Shown: positions 13,918 through 27,440 of the stretch, piece by piece
How the letters are laid out: the number at the start of each line of letters is the position of its first letter
Numbering within the stretch: the first letter of the stretch is position 1
From: Lytechinus pictus
Taxonomy: Eukaryota
Assembly: GCF_037042905.1 (NCBI RefSeq)
Contig: NC_087251.1
Span: forward strand, 26,538,001 to 26,602,000
Direction of reading: 5' to 3'
DNA length: 64,000 nucleotides
The notes under the pieces: model-generated
What the model was told of the DNA's origin: nothing
What the model saw: the letters and a program-made list of their open reading frames with translations, nothing else
Databases searched by the model: none
Position numbers and translations under genes: made by a program

Positions 13918-15012
13918 TTAAAGGCCAAGTCGACCCTAGAAAAATGTAGATTTGAATCAATAGAGAAAAATCAAACAAGCATAATGCTGAAAAATTCATC
14001 GGAATCGGATGTAAAAAAAAGAAAGTTATGACATTTTTAAAGTTTTGCTTATTTTTTACAAACAGTTATATGCACAAATCAGTGCCATGCAAATGAGAGA
14101 GTAGATGATGTCCATTACTCGCTATTTTGTTTTTTATTGTTTGAATTATGTAATATTTCAATTTTTTCCAATTTGACATTAAGGATCATTAAATGTTATA
14201 ACAATGGTAATGCCAAGTGTTCAGGAAGAAATAAAACTTTGTTTCACAGGACAATGAGGAGAAATTAGAATATTTCATATAATGAAATACATAAGAAATA
14301 GTGAGTGATGTCATCCGTCCCCTCATTTGCATACCGACCAGGATGTGCATATAACTGTTTCGTGAAATTAAGGGAAACTTAAAAACATCATAATTTTCTT
14401 ATTTTACATTTTGATAACATTTTCAGTGTTATGCTTGTTGGAGTTTCTCTTTTTGTCTCGCCCACCAGAGGTGAAGGCGAGACTTAGGGATACAAATGTC
14501 GTCCGACTTCCGTCCGTCACAAACCTAATGACACATAACTCCACAACCGTAAGTCGCTTTTCAACCAAACTTGAATGGTAGATGGACTTGGGGGACCTGC
14601 ATGTTATGCTGCAGTCGGAGGTCACATGATAAGGTCAAAGGTCATTTTTAGGTCAACGTTAAAGTTTACATGCAAGACTCTCTTATGACACCTAACTCCG
14701 CAACCGTTAGTCACTTTTCAACCAAACTTGGACGGTAGATGGACTTGGGGGACCTGCATGTGATGCTGCAGTCTGAGGTCACATGGTTGGGTCAAAGGTC
14801 ATTTTCAGGTCAACATTAAAATTTACATGCAAGGCTCTTATGACAAGTGTTATTCCATCCCAGTCATTTCACAATAAAGTTTCGATACAATTCTGTTGCG
14901 TGCCCTCGCATATCACAATATTTCTGGTTATTTTCATAAGTGGGCGAGACACAAAATTGCTTTTGACTTGTTATTCAAATCACCTTTTTGTTAGGGTGGA
15001 CTTGTCCTTTAA
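13918..15012. mobile_element. TTAA-site MITE (Kolobok/piggyBac-like) with a nested insertion
   Basis: TTAA-aggccaagtcgacccta ... tagggtggacttgtcct-TTAA. Same family as the copies at 22282 and 40268. Confidence 0.85.
14451..14972 (+). mobile_element. Helentron-associated (DINE-1/HINE-like) non-autonomous element
   Basis: 5' ttttgtctcgcc with a nearby inverted ggcgagac, a gtcc microsatellite, an ~156-bp internal tandem repeat and a 3' ggcgagacacaaaa. It sits in a T-run of the host MITE. Confidence 0.6.
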
Positions 15013-15854
15013 ATAAGGTGTATGTGCAACTGCAATTATTTTCTTAATAGTCCTTTTTAAATAGGTCCTTTATTAAAGTAAACATCACAAGTTTCATCAA
15101 ATCAGCTGATCACGTTGCTTGAGGTAGAAAGTGATTGAACAGTTATGCATTATTTACATGATGTATTTTGTTTTTATTGATTCTAACCTTGAAATTTCCA
15201 TATGTGATCCCCTAGTTCAAAACCCACATTACACTCTACATGTAAGTTGCAATTGTGTGCTTCAACAAAAATATGAAAGAGTATTCAATTCACAATTTTT
15301 TTTCAAAGCTTGTGAAGGTTGGTTGAATGTAAAATAATTAGTGTGTTTGATATATACATTTTCATTTTGTCTGTCAATGAATTCAACTTTTATTATGAAG
15401 AATGAGATTTACTCAGATGTAATCAAACTGTATTAAAAAACTTGTTCAAAGTATATTTAATACTATTATTTGTTTAATTGTGATTTTTGAGCTGGTCAGT
15501 CACATTTGAAATACACTTTGAAACTTTGAAAATAAAAAATAAGGTTATTTCATTGCCTGGCTGGCAGAAGGTTGTATGAACTTTTCTTGCACAGAGGGCA
15601 TATCTTGTGGCTTGAGGGAACATGAAACTTCAAATTCAAATGCAAGTTTTCTTTGTCCTTTGATGCTCTTCCTGATTTTTTAAACATTAAATCAAGTTGT
15701 TACCTAGTTAATAGTGCTGTTTTAAAGTATCAAAAATAGTAATAAAAAAATGGTATTTCATTGTGATTTTCAAGCTGGTTTGTCGCATATGAAATGCCCA
15801 CAAAAAAGTTACCTCCGAAATACAACAAAGTATTCATTTTATTTTCTTTTTCAG

Positions 15855-15894
15855 GGTAACGATGTCACACTACCTATGGAGATGTGCTCCAACT
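15855..15894 (+). CDS. PPP3R1: Calcineurin subunit B, exon 2 (GNDVTLPMEMCSN + first base of F)
   Basis: ttttcag|GGT...AAC T|gtaagt, 40 nt. Matches the vertebrate N-terminus GNEASYPLEMCSHF. Confidence 0.93.
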
Positions 15895-16416
15895 GTAAGT
15901 AATTCAAAGTCTATTTTTCATTTTAAGGAAATTAATTGAATTTATTGAAAATTCAGAAATTTAAAGTTCATGCATTGCTTCATTGGACCCCTAATGACAC
16001 AACACCTCTGGTGATTTTGATATTTAGTAAAGCACATGGCTTCCTGCAAGTAATCTATTGGTTTTAGATAATATTTCATAGTTACAACAACAATATTAAC
16101 TGGAATTAGCACCTTTCCAGAGGATACAAAGCGCAACTATTATTTTCATTACTATAGCTTTAGTTCAAACTCCTGTTTCCAGTACTTTAATTGGGCCAGG
16201 TAGTACAATGTAGGTACACATTCACCTAAACCTAGGTTGAGTGCAGCACAATGTAGCCTATGATGCATTCTTACAGCTAGAGACCTTTTTATGGTGGTTG
16301 CTACTTCACCAATCACAATCTTATTCCTCCAAAAATACGTAATCGCATGATTTGCATCACACTTATCTCTCAAGCTTCATGTAGCAAAACATCTGGCACC
16401 TGACCTGACTTGGCAC

Positions 16417-16640
16417 CAGGGGCAGATCCAGGATTATACAAAGGGGGGGGGGGGGGGGCTCATTTTCCCGATGACAAATTTGACAAGCATTACAAAAAAA
16501 AAAAGGTCTTCACTTTCAAAGGAGGGGGGGCACATTTATTTTTTAACTTCATTTTTACATTACAAATTTTAATTATGCCACTCAAAAGGTGGGGGAGGCA
16601 CAACAGACTGGTTGTGCCCCCCCCCCCCGATCCGCCAGTG
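16417..16640. mobile_element. hAT-like MITE with a perfect 8-bp TSD
   Basis: cttggcac (16409-16416), caggggcagatcc...gatccgccagtg, cttggcac (16641-16648). Confidence 0.9.
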
Positions 16641-19306
16641 CTTGGCACCTAATCTTACACAAAATTATACACAAACCAAAGCAAGTTTTCGGGCTCAAAT
16701 CCTATCAAAGAATACATCAGTGTTCTAATGATTTTGACTCTATATTGGACGAATTGAAAATATAGATGCTCAAATTTAATTGAAACATATATTCCTGTAA
16801 AGTCATATTGAATTATTTTTATGCTATCAGAAATACACATTCATACATGATAGAATAGTAATTAATTGAGCCTGGCCTCCAATGATGACATTCTAGATCT
16901 GCCCCTACTTCAATTATTATCAGTATTGCTAACTCTGTCTTTAATTAAAAATGTGATTGTTGTTCTGAAGCAATGATTCGCTTTTGAAATATCTGTATTA
17001 ATCTGAATCTGAATAAAATAAATGCTGGTATATGAATATGGTGGTAGATGAGAATTCATTGCCAAATTCCTGACACTTTGATTTATTATGTGTCTTTCAA
17101 AACGGCATGAATTTAGAGGTCTTTCTGGATGTGTTGAGCGAATAAAGGGGAAGTTCACCGTGGCGTTGAAGAGAATCCTTTGAGTGAATTTGTTGCATTA
17201 CATGTACATGTATGTGTCAGCAGCTTCCCCATGTGATGTGTTATTTCTTTATTTATATAATGCATTTTTTTATCTTCACAAACTATTTGAAAATTGAAAT
17301 TAGTTAAATATACATTTCATTACATAGGTAGTTGCTTATAAATGTGTCATTACAGAATATAAACTTCAAATATACATGCATAACTATGTTATTCTTTGAT
17401 AGATTTTCGTCAAAACTTAATCTCAGGAAAAAAAAGGATTAATGTGTTTTGTTTTTAAATCATTGAAAGCCCTTGAATTGATAGGCAAGTTTTCAAATCA
17501 TCTTCAAGAAAAGTGAATAGATGAACTACAGTTTTGCTTTTTGGAATATATATTTTTGAACATGTATTAATTTTATTCTATGCTTGTTCAGTAATATGGA
17601 GGTTTAGCAAACTCTCAGATCAACTGCCACATGAGATGTAGATATAGATCTCTCTTAATATTCATGTTGAGTGTAGTGAATTTTCAGAATATATGTAAAG
17701 ATTACTATGTATATATAAAAACACAAATTTGAAAAAAAAAATAAATCAATTGGAAATTGCTAGTGATATCTTTACAGTGATTGTTATGAAAAAAGAGAGA
17801 ATATTTTGCTTTGAGGAAATACATGGAAAGACCATTCTTCAAAGAATGTACATGAACATGTACTTGTATTGTTGCTTCTGTATGTAGGAGCATAGATTAT
17901 CATAATCAGTGTCCCATAATGTTGTCTTTATCTGGGGATTTCATGTATGACAGGCATATGAGCGGAGGTGATCCAATTAACGTTGAAACAAGTGTAATAA
18001 CTGGCTGAGTGGCTTGTTTGCCTCCCTTATTGCACTATAAACATTGACTTACCAGCTTGCTACCTGTGTGCAGTCCTGATCATCAGAAATCTAGTCTACA
18101 TCAGGCATGTTTTTCAAAAGCAATCCTTTTTTTCGGATTTGGCGAGCTATCTTGGTTTCATCTCAAGACTACGTACATCACATTTATGTACAATCTTTGA
18201 TCAACTTATTAAAAATTTATTTATTGTTGGGAAAAATGATGTACATGTAATTTGGAAAATTCTTAAACAAGTTTGCAGTTACGGATGAAGATATATATAT
18301 ATATATATATATATACTAATTGTCTTGGGACAAATCTGGAGGGTACATACATAGTGCATCATTTAAGTGGATAAATGGAAATACCCCAAAAATACTTATC
18401 TTCATCAATAAATTTCATCAAACTTTTATTTATGGAAGAAAAGGGAAAGAACCAACATTCTAAAAGTTCAGACATGTGATATAATGTACATGTATGCTTC
18501 TTTACATGTATGTATGTAAAGTTGCTGTATGAATCTTTGTGTGAAGTGCTCTTTTGATTCCTAAGTTGCTTTACTATACTCTCTGTTTACGCTGTATTAT
18601 TGTTCATGTGAATGACACTGATGCAGGGCCCAGTTTTGCATCAGCAACAGCATCCCATCTTTGGCAGGACATAAACGATTAGCATAGCTCTTTTAGCACC
18701 ATTATTCACACTTGGTGGCGGTGTTCACTGAAGCTTGTCTAATTATAACTCAAGATCTGGAAGCCCCTTACCACCTGAATATTTGATAAGTTCAGTATAC
18801 TCCAAAGAAAGCCATCACTCATGTCGCAACATATTCCTTCACACCCACCTAATAAAAAAAAACTTGACAGTACGAAAGAAAAAGTTTTTGTACTTTTCTT
18901 GAAAGGAAATAAATGCAAATCATTTGGTATTTTCAAAATAATGAGAACTTTCACAGGGGTTATCACAGGGACAATGAAAGCAAATTACAAGATCTAATAA
19001 CGTTAGGCCAGATGAACATAGGCCCTACATGTATATTGGCAAGATGGTGAAACATGCGTTTAATAGACTGTGCAGAAATCGATTTTGTTGAGTGTATTTT
19101 ACCATTGAGCAGCTTTCAATTTTGAGAAATACTATTATTCTTTGCTCTAGAGTGAAAAAGTTTCCAACAGACCCAGTCCAAGCTAGATAACCAAAGCTTT
19201 CTGGACTGTATCCAGTATGTCTTCATCACTGTCTCGTCACCACTCCTCTCTTTCCTCCTTCTTCATTGGGTGCTTTTACACATCTCTGATAAAAAAAAGA
19301 TACCAG

Positions 19307-19443
19307 GGGAGCATTTCATGAAACAAATAACCGATGATTTTCACTTATGATTGTTATAAGCTACTGCAAAGTCTTGCATCTGATTGGCTGAGAGCAAATT
19401 ATTGATTGAAAATCACTGCCTAAACTTTTCATAAAACACTCCC
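19307..19443. mobile_element. Small Harbinger-like MITE, CAG TSD
   Basis: cag-gggagcatttcatgaaa ... tttcataaaacactccc-cag. Confidence 0.6.
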
Positions 19444-22281
19444 CAGTGATATTTGACTAAAAGTTTAATAGCCTACATGTGATATGCATGTCATGGCTGG
19501 GCTGACAAAACCTCAAAATCTTGAAATTCAAAAATTTGGTTACAACTCTAAAATCCAGCTTTTTCTGAGCTGTCATCAAAATATTCAAATTTTGAGATAC
19601 AAGGTTTTATCAGATCAGCCATGATGAAAATTTATAAATTTTGAGGACAGCTTAGAAACTTAGGCTGTATTTAAAAAATATAGCAATGGGACAGTCTCAT
19701 AGTGCCTGAAAACAGTCTTCTGATACCTGTGAAGAACTCTTTAGAGGCAAATGAACGTTGCTACCCATGTTACAACTCTAAAATCTAGCTTATTCTAAGC
19801 TGTCATCAAAATATTTATATTTGAGATTTTTATCAGTCTAGCCATGATGTGACTCTCAATATGTAAAACATGTACCAATGATGAATGATGACTACTCTGA
19901 AAATGGCATTTTAAAGTAATAACTACTAGTACTAGTATCCAAGCAAAGAATCTAAGTATGCATTAATCTCTCCTGATAAATGTAACTCCTTGGCTTCCTG
20001 GCTTAAAAAAAACCCTTTGTATTTCCAGATTGGTTTTAATCAACCTGTATTTTGCCAGTGTGAAAGCAAAGTGCTTTAATATGAAATCTCTGAATTATGA
20101 GAACTTTTATCTCGGGTTGAATCAAATTAATTGATATTTGCAATGTGAAAGTAAATTGGAAAAATATATGTAGGGGATCTCATCAAAGACAAGGGCTTAC
20201 AAATGAAACATATTTCCTTGATGGAATTTGAAAAACTGCCAGAACTATACATGTATGTCCAGTTCTAGCAGGTGTAATTTCACAACATAAATGAATTTCT
20301 TAATATAAGTATATGTAGTTCTCTGATGGGCGATGTGTGAGAGCACCTAATATTTTCTAATTTTTTTCTTTTCCTGTCTCTTTTCCTGCCCCCTTTCCCC
20401 CTCTTGCTATGGTGATCAAAGTGCTGCAAACTAGTACTAATTTTTAGTCTTTTATTACTGAAAATAAAAAGAATACTGATGGTTTATGGCAAAATACTGA
20501 TTTATAAAGTGTCATTTAAATGTGTTGAGCTACATGTATGGTATTTCTTTGAAAATACTGATTTCCTCACCAAAATAATGATTTTCAGCTTCAAAAATAC
20601 TGAAATGTACTAGTTCAGGTTTGCAGCTCTGATGATGTCGGACTCTGAAGTCTGAACACATATTCTTGCAGTGTGCTTATAGCCTTATACATGTATGTGA
20701 CTGTCAAAGTTGATATTACAGGCATTCCCTTAAGATAGGCTTTATACAGATGGTAGACCAATAATCAACAGTTCACTGACATTAAAGCTAGCCTAGTTAA
20801 GGATAAGAATTGAAAAAAGAAAGAAATTACTTGTATCTAGAGCAGCGGTTTGAACACTTAAGGTCTTCTTTGGTGTCCAGTATAGATTAGATTGTTTTTT
20901 TTTTGTAACAATCATTTATAAATATTAATTGAAGGGCTTTGCTCTGCCCCTGACTGTTGATTATAATAATTTATCAGTGTTCAGGGAGATACCTCTTACA
21001 TTCACATTTCTGTGAACTATATATAAAATCACTTATTCACTTAATTTCTCAGTAATATCACATGTATTTCTATAACATGATAGATATATACAAGTTTCCT
21101 CAACTGACATAAAATAAAGAAAAAACAACAAAGAAAGAAAAAAGAAAAAAAAATGCCATGAAGTACTAGTACTTTCAAATTTTATACAAAGCTCTCCCTG
21201 ATGCTGATTTATTAAGAACAGCAAGAAAAAAATTAATAAGAAAAATATAACCACAGAATGCTTTGATATAATGCATCTGGAATGGCCACCAAGACTATGT
21301 GTGACCTTGTATGCATGCAGTACGTAGTTACTTGTGATGATTTTGAAATGCTTCAGAAAGACGTTTGATCTAGTCTGCTTATGAATTCCAAGTTCAGTCA
21401 TCATAATTTGTCAATTAAACAAGATAATTGGTTGTGGGAGAAGGATAATAACTTTTGTATTCTTATAAAAGAAGGGCATTGCATGCATGGATGAAGCATC
21501 AAGGCTAAAGCATAATTGTTTTCATTCTGCAGTTAGCAGCAGAAAGGTACCTTGATATAATTATGTACAATGTTCACAATGATTGCTAAATTTGCCCCTA
21601 TGCACCTGATAATACTTGGAGACATTGCATGTTATGAATAGGAAATCTAGTTCTGGTTTCTGGTTGGGATTTTGTGAATTCTGAAAGAAATTTTCTCAAA
21701 AGTCAATACCGTTTCACATAGTATGCCTTTTGTGCTTACAATCAAAATCCAAACAAAATCACATTTTGATGAAAAAAAAACTAATTTGAAACAGTGAAGT
21801 GATATATTTATGTACTTCAATATGAAATTCTTTGGTTAAATGATATTGTGCTGAATTGGAAATCTTGTATGGTCATGTTCATATTTTTAATCACTTTTTA
21901 AGAAAAAAAAATCTGCTTTTTATTCATGATACACCCTTTACATATTTCCTGAATATGTCAGTCTACCATCTGAGAGTATTTGTGCTGATACATGTATGTG
22001 TAACACATCTGTCAGCTGCAGGGGGGGGGGGGGGGGGCTACATATGCAGTTCCTGTGAAGAAATATGCATGTGAAGGAAATTTCTGAAAAATGCTCACAC
22101 ATATTTTGTGATACACCCTACCCTTATGATTTCTTCAAAATGTCAGTCTGTCTCTCACAAACTGTCCAACGCAAAACCTGCATATTAACAAGTGGAGAGA
22201 AATGTTGATCATATACTCCATTCGTATTCAGATATAAGAATAAATTCTTGATTTTATTATACACCCTATACTTATGATTTC

Positions 22282-22892
22282 TTAAAGGTCAAGTCCACCC
22301 CAGAAAATTTTTGATTAGAATAAACAGAGAAAAATTAAACTAGCATAATGCTGAAAATTTCATCAAAATCGGATGGAAAATGAGAAAGTTATGGCATTAT
22401 AAAGTTTCGCTTATTTTTCACAAAACAGTGATATGCACAACTCAGTGATATGCAAATGAGAGAGTTGATGATGTCACTCACTCACTATTTCTTTTGTTTT
22501 TTATTGTTTGAATTATACAATATTTCATTTTTTTACGGATATGGCAATTATGACCATCTTGTTTGAACCACAAAATGTTAAAACAATCAAATCCCAAATG
22601 TTAAGGGAGGAATGAAACTTTGCTCACATGACATTGAGGAGAAAATTCAAATATTTCATATTTCATATAATCGAATACAAAAGAAATAGTGAGTGGGTGA
22701 TGTCATTGGTCCCCTCATTTGCATACTGACCAGGATGTGCATATAACTTTTTGGTGAAAGTTAGCAAAACTTGAAGATGTCATAACTTTCGTATTTCAGA
22801 TCCGATTTTGATGAAATTTTCAGTGTTATTCTTGTTTGATTTTTCTTTTTCTATTCAAATCATCTTTTTGTTGGAGTGGACTTGTCCTTTAA
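22282..22892. mobile_element. TTAA-site MITE, full length
   Basis: TTAA-aggtcaagtccacccc ... ggagtggacttgtcct-TTAA, with long imperfect internal inverted repeats. Confidence 0.9.
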
Positions 22893-23563
22893 AAATGTCA
22901 GTCTGACTCTCACAAACTCAGCTGTCGGCTCAATGCATCTTTCAGATGTAGAGGGGGGAAATGTTGTGCATATAATGCTTGCCCCCGTTTGCTTGGGATT
23001 CACTCTCCACAGAGGTTGCGGTGATTTTCTTTGGAACGCTTAATAGAAGAAGCACCCAGCTTGTATTCCAACCACCTGTTAATGTACACTTTTAGCTAAC
23101 TCTGCCAGTTATTTTAGCTACCGTAAAATATTTGTCTTTACCTACACCTAGGTCTACAGATATTTTATAGATTAGCATAGATTAGAATGACAAATTCTTG
23201 ACATATTGACCAAAGGGATTAGACTATGAAGGGGCAATGTGTCTTCATGAATCAAAATGAAAAAGAAAAATGTTAGATTATTGCAGTTTTCTTTATGTGG
23301 GAAACCTACATTTGAATTTTGAAGGAAAAAAATGCAATCAGACCTTTTAAAAATGTATACAAGGAAGAATAGCTTTATGTACATGTATTTTCTATGGGAC
23401 TATAAGGAAAATATGCCTAAAATACTTAGATTTGTCCTTATATTTAACAATTTTTCTAATAATTTTCTATTTAATTTAGTTTTATGAATTAATTCAATGT
23501 ATTATGGTGGTTAATGAAGGAAACCATAATGTAAATACATTTGTATGCAAAATTTATGTAACT

Positions 23564-23966
23564 TTAAAGAGAAATGCCAGTAGTTGCAGTAAACACTGAT
23601 TTCATGAGAAAGTCTGTAAAACCAGGCTTAATTGTCAGTATATCATCGAGGATCTAGATCTGGTACAGTTACATAAACTGAACTTTGTGAAATCTTGAAA
23701 TTCTACGCTGAAAAATGTTCACACTGAAGATCACGAACACAGATAAGCGCACATGGGACAGTGTGTTATTATTGCTTTGAATGTCGGCCCGACGCTTGAC
23801 CTGAATCCTGTGCTTATTTGCTAATTTCTCAGCAATTACACAATTTCTTCCAGAATCCTTTGGCACATATTTTTTATTTATACAAACAGACACTTTGGTG
23901 GTCATTTCATTGGATTCTGTACGAACTCATTTTGATATCGTTACCACAACTGGCATTTACCTTTAA
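23564..23966. mobile_element. TTAA-site MITE, second family
   Basis: TTAA-agagaaatgccagt ... actggcatttacct-TTAA. Confidence 0.8.
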
Positions 23967-25544
23967 CAATATATCAAAATGCCTTAAGTATTTTTTGTTC
24001 ATAGCTCTCTATTCAGAAATTATAGCTCAATAATTTGGTGTAATGTAAAATGAAATACATAATCATTATCAAATTCACAAAATATTTTTAAACATATGTT
24101 TCTACAAATATGCATGTTGAGACTAAGAATGATTATTAGAGCCCCTCCCCCATCAATTAAATGTGTAAGAAATGGTGGTATTAATGGAAAAATGATTAAA
24201 CGCTGAAAGATTGGAAAGAAATGGAAGGGGTGCTAAGCAAGAGAGCTTAGAGAAGGAGGGAGGGGGGAAGGGGAGGACAATGACACAAATAAGGGGATGA
24301 AGAAACAAACCTATACCTGTCACCCTACATGTATGTCTATAACGAATCAAGAGAGAGAAAAAAAAAGAGAAACATGACTTTTCCAGGCTGTCTGGCTGTA
24401 GATGCTGTCATGTAGCATTGTAGATATCTTGTGTGCATGGACTGATTGTGTGTCATTTAACCGCTTGACTTTGACTGTGATGATGAATCAATACTCGCCT
24501 CATGAGGTAATTGTCATTTCAGGCTTCCAATCTCCCCTCCCCCCCCCCCCAGTCTATTGAACTAGTTTGCAGGCAGAAACCTCTCATTTATCAAAACCTG
24601 CTACGGTAATTTGAATAGTACAGTGAAAAAGATCATTGACATGTTAATACTGAAGCTTTTCCGAATCAGAAAGCTCAATGGACATCTCAATGGACATCTC
24701 AAGTAGACATGTTTGCTGTAGGCGTCTCTAAAGACCCAGGAAGAGAATGAAAGAATGAATTAGGGTCTGTGTTGGTAGACTACATCAGTCATTCTTCAAG
24801 TCAGTGTGTGTATCGAAAGCCCACTTGAGAAAAATCATGAATTTTTGTCCTGCCTGCATTCACACAGTGTAAATGTAAATTATAAATCTATTGTTTAAAG
24901 GGAATGATCAATTTGTTGTCCCTGGGGATTAATTGACTTGCTATAATGAGACCTTCTGAAGCTAATAACCTTCATGTGCAGTGGATATGTGTGCATTGAT
25001 AATTTATTCAGTCTACAAGTGGATTTGTAATTTTATACGGGTGATCCAAATTATAGGGTGGCACAGTTTTCTGCTTTGACGATCCCCATCACAGAGCATT
25101 AAAATTATTTAACATCAAGTCCATTGTAATGTAAAGTTGAGGTGAAAAAAAAAAGAGACAAAAATCAAAGAGGCATAACAGTGAACATTTCCTATGAATT
25201 AGATTTAAAATAAAAAAGGTTTTGATATCACTTATTTTCACAAAACAGTCAGATGTATACTTGGGTACTAGTAGCATGAAAATGAAAGAGCGATGATGTT
25301 AAACGCTATATTCTTCATGTTATGACTTGGAATTATGATTTTGAACTACAATAATGTAAAATTTGGTTTCGTCCCTCATGGATCAAGTAAGGTGATCAAA
25401 GTACAAGAGCGTTTTAAAAGACATTTGCATTTATCTCTCATGCAGAAATGTGTATCTTTTTCATGCATGTTTACGATTGTACAAATTCGTGCAATTCTAA
25501 AATGTTTTCCAAACCCAATTATCAAAATACCTACATTTTAAATT

Positions 25545-25787
25545 ATAAAATACTGATGAAATCATGTAATAACATCAGAAAAGGGAAAGTGGGGACACTG
25601 CATCATCAGCCCACTTAATGAATATTCATGACAATGTTCTTATAACTTTTCACATAAATATTGCTAAACTTTAAAAATCGATAACTTTTTTATTAATCAG
25701 ATTTTGATGAAGTTTTCAGCATTTAACTGTTTGAATTTTAATCTATTTTTGAGTTATAATTATTTTCAGCCCAGAGCACCCCTTTAA
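25545..25787. mobile_element. Partial (right end) TTAA-site MITE
   Basis: Matches the right half of the 1128 and 31295 elements and ends cagcccagagcacccctTTAA. Confidence 0.6.
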
Positions 25788-25891
25788 TTTTACCCCAGAA
25801 AAGATATAATAAATGTAACATGTACTTGTATTCATGTAATCTATGATGAAGTATTACATTCATTGTGCCCTGTTCATATTTTCTTTGACAG

Positions 25892-26068
25892 TTGATGCGG
25901 ATGAGATCCGTAGGCTTGGGAAGCGGTTTAAGAAGCTTGATCTTGATAACTCTGGTTCTCTGAGTGTGGATGAGTTTATGTCATTACCGGAGCTGCAGCA
26001 GAATCCACTGGTTCAAAGGGTTATTGATATATTTGACGAGGACGGAAACGGAGAGGTAGATTTCAAAG
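25892..26068 (+). CDS. PPP3R1: Calcineurin subunit B, exon 3 (EF-hands 1-2)
   Basis: acag|TT GAT...AAA G|gtaagt, 177 nt. Encodes [58 protein letters not shown]. Confidence 0.98.
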
Positions 26069-27149
26069 GTAAGTTGAAAATGAATGTGTATGGGGATGAA
26101 AAGTAAAAGTGTATAGGTTCTTGTCTTGGGCTTTGCTTCTATTTGTTTAATTTATTAATTTATCATTATTATTATCATTATTTGGGTTTTTTTCTTGGGG
26201 GGGGGTTGGAATTAATGTCCTCATTTCAAACAGAGAGGTAGGGTAAATTTTCAATGTTTCAAAGTTGGGCAGTTTTACTTATGCTATATTCATTTTTTAA
26301 ATGATGTTTTAGGGGGATCTTTGTCTTTTCAATGGCCATTTAACACAAAAATGCAGTCATTTTTTAATTGAGATTCTGCCGGTAAAAGGTCAAAATGTCG
26401 CATGTCTTGGATTGTGCATGATAAAGTAGGGGCATCTTTTTCCGATGGACGCACATATTTCTTTCTTTGTATTTGATCTTTTACTTTATTTCTTACTCCA
26501 TTTATCTTTTTTTTTCTATTTTATTTCATTTATTTTAACTCTATATTTTCCATCTATATCTACCTCGATCAAAATATATTTCTTTGTCTTTTCCTAATAT
26601 CTTTCTCGATCTTTCTCTCTACTCTAACCTACACCCTCTCTACCCTTTCTTTCCCTCTCTCTCTCATTTATACTCTCTCTCTAATACATATCTGTCCCAT
26701 AAGCTACTCTACATGTACATCAAAACCCTACAGTAAAGAGCATCATTCCCCCACTCATCCCTCTCCATAATGCCCATGCAAAGGACCTTTTTTGCACGAG
26801 AAGAATGCAGAAATGAATTTTTCATGTTGTCCATCCACCCTCATCATTTCTCACCTCTGATGCATGCTGGAGGAGGCACATCAGACGGTCCTCAGTGTGA
26901 GGGGGAATAAAGAGGTAGTTTCCTCCTCCACGTAATCTATACTTCATCGTTGATGCTAGGTATCCCCACCTGCGTGATTTTCAACTCCCAGTTATTCATC
27001 CCGTCATTGTGGCAGTCATAAGTGCAGTTTGAAATGGTTCAATATTTTAAGCTTGCATGGTCTGGCTACATGGAAAGCTTGTATAATTACCTAGAATAGC
27101 AAAGGGAACTGTAGAATTAAAATCCAATTTATTATCACTGTTTCCTTAT

Positions 27150-27440
27150 TGTTATCATCATTATCAGTCATCAGAGTCATCAGCATCGTCATCATCACGA
27201 CCATCGTTTATCATCATCAGAGTCATCAGCATCGTCATCATCACGACCATCGTTTATCGTCATCATCATAAAAAATAAATCATCATCGTCATCATTATCA
27301 GAATCATCATCACCTCCCCCCTAATTATACACTACGTCATAAACAAAATTGTTATCGACATAATTATTATTACCATCATCATCATCGTCGTCGTCGTCGT
27401 CATCATCATTATCATCATTTTTGTCATAGTCATTTTCATT
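27150..27440. repeat. (CAT/CGT)n low-complexity tract with an ~50-bp tandem duplication
   Basis: tcatcagagtcatcagcatcgtcatcatcacgaccatcgtttatc occurs twice. Confidence 0.85.

Noticed and set aside
15012..15052. ~40-bp inverted match to about 48457-48497 as the ends of a giant element
   Set aside because: It would enclose most of a housekeeping gene and has no TSD. A dispersed repeat fragment is more likely.
19539..19850. ~85-bp direct duplication in intron 2
   Set aside because: An ordinary local duplication with no coding or structural signal.
25843..26106. ORF-track starts and ends for the calcineurin B pieces (also 33127-33360)
   Set aside because: They run into introns. The true boundaries come from splice sites.
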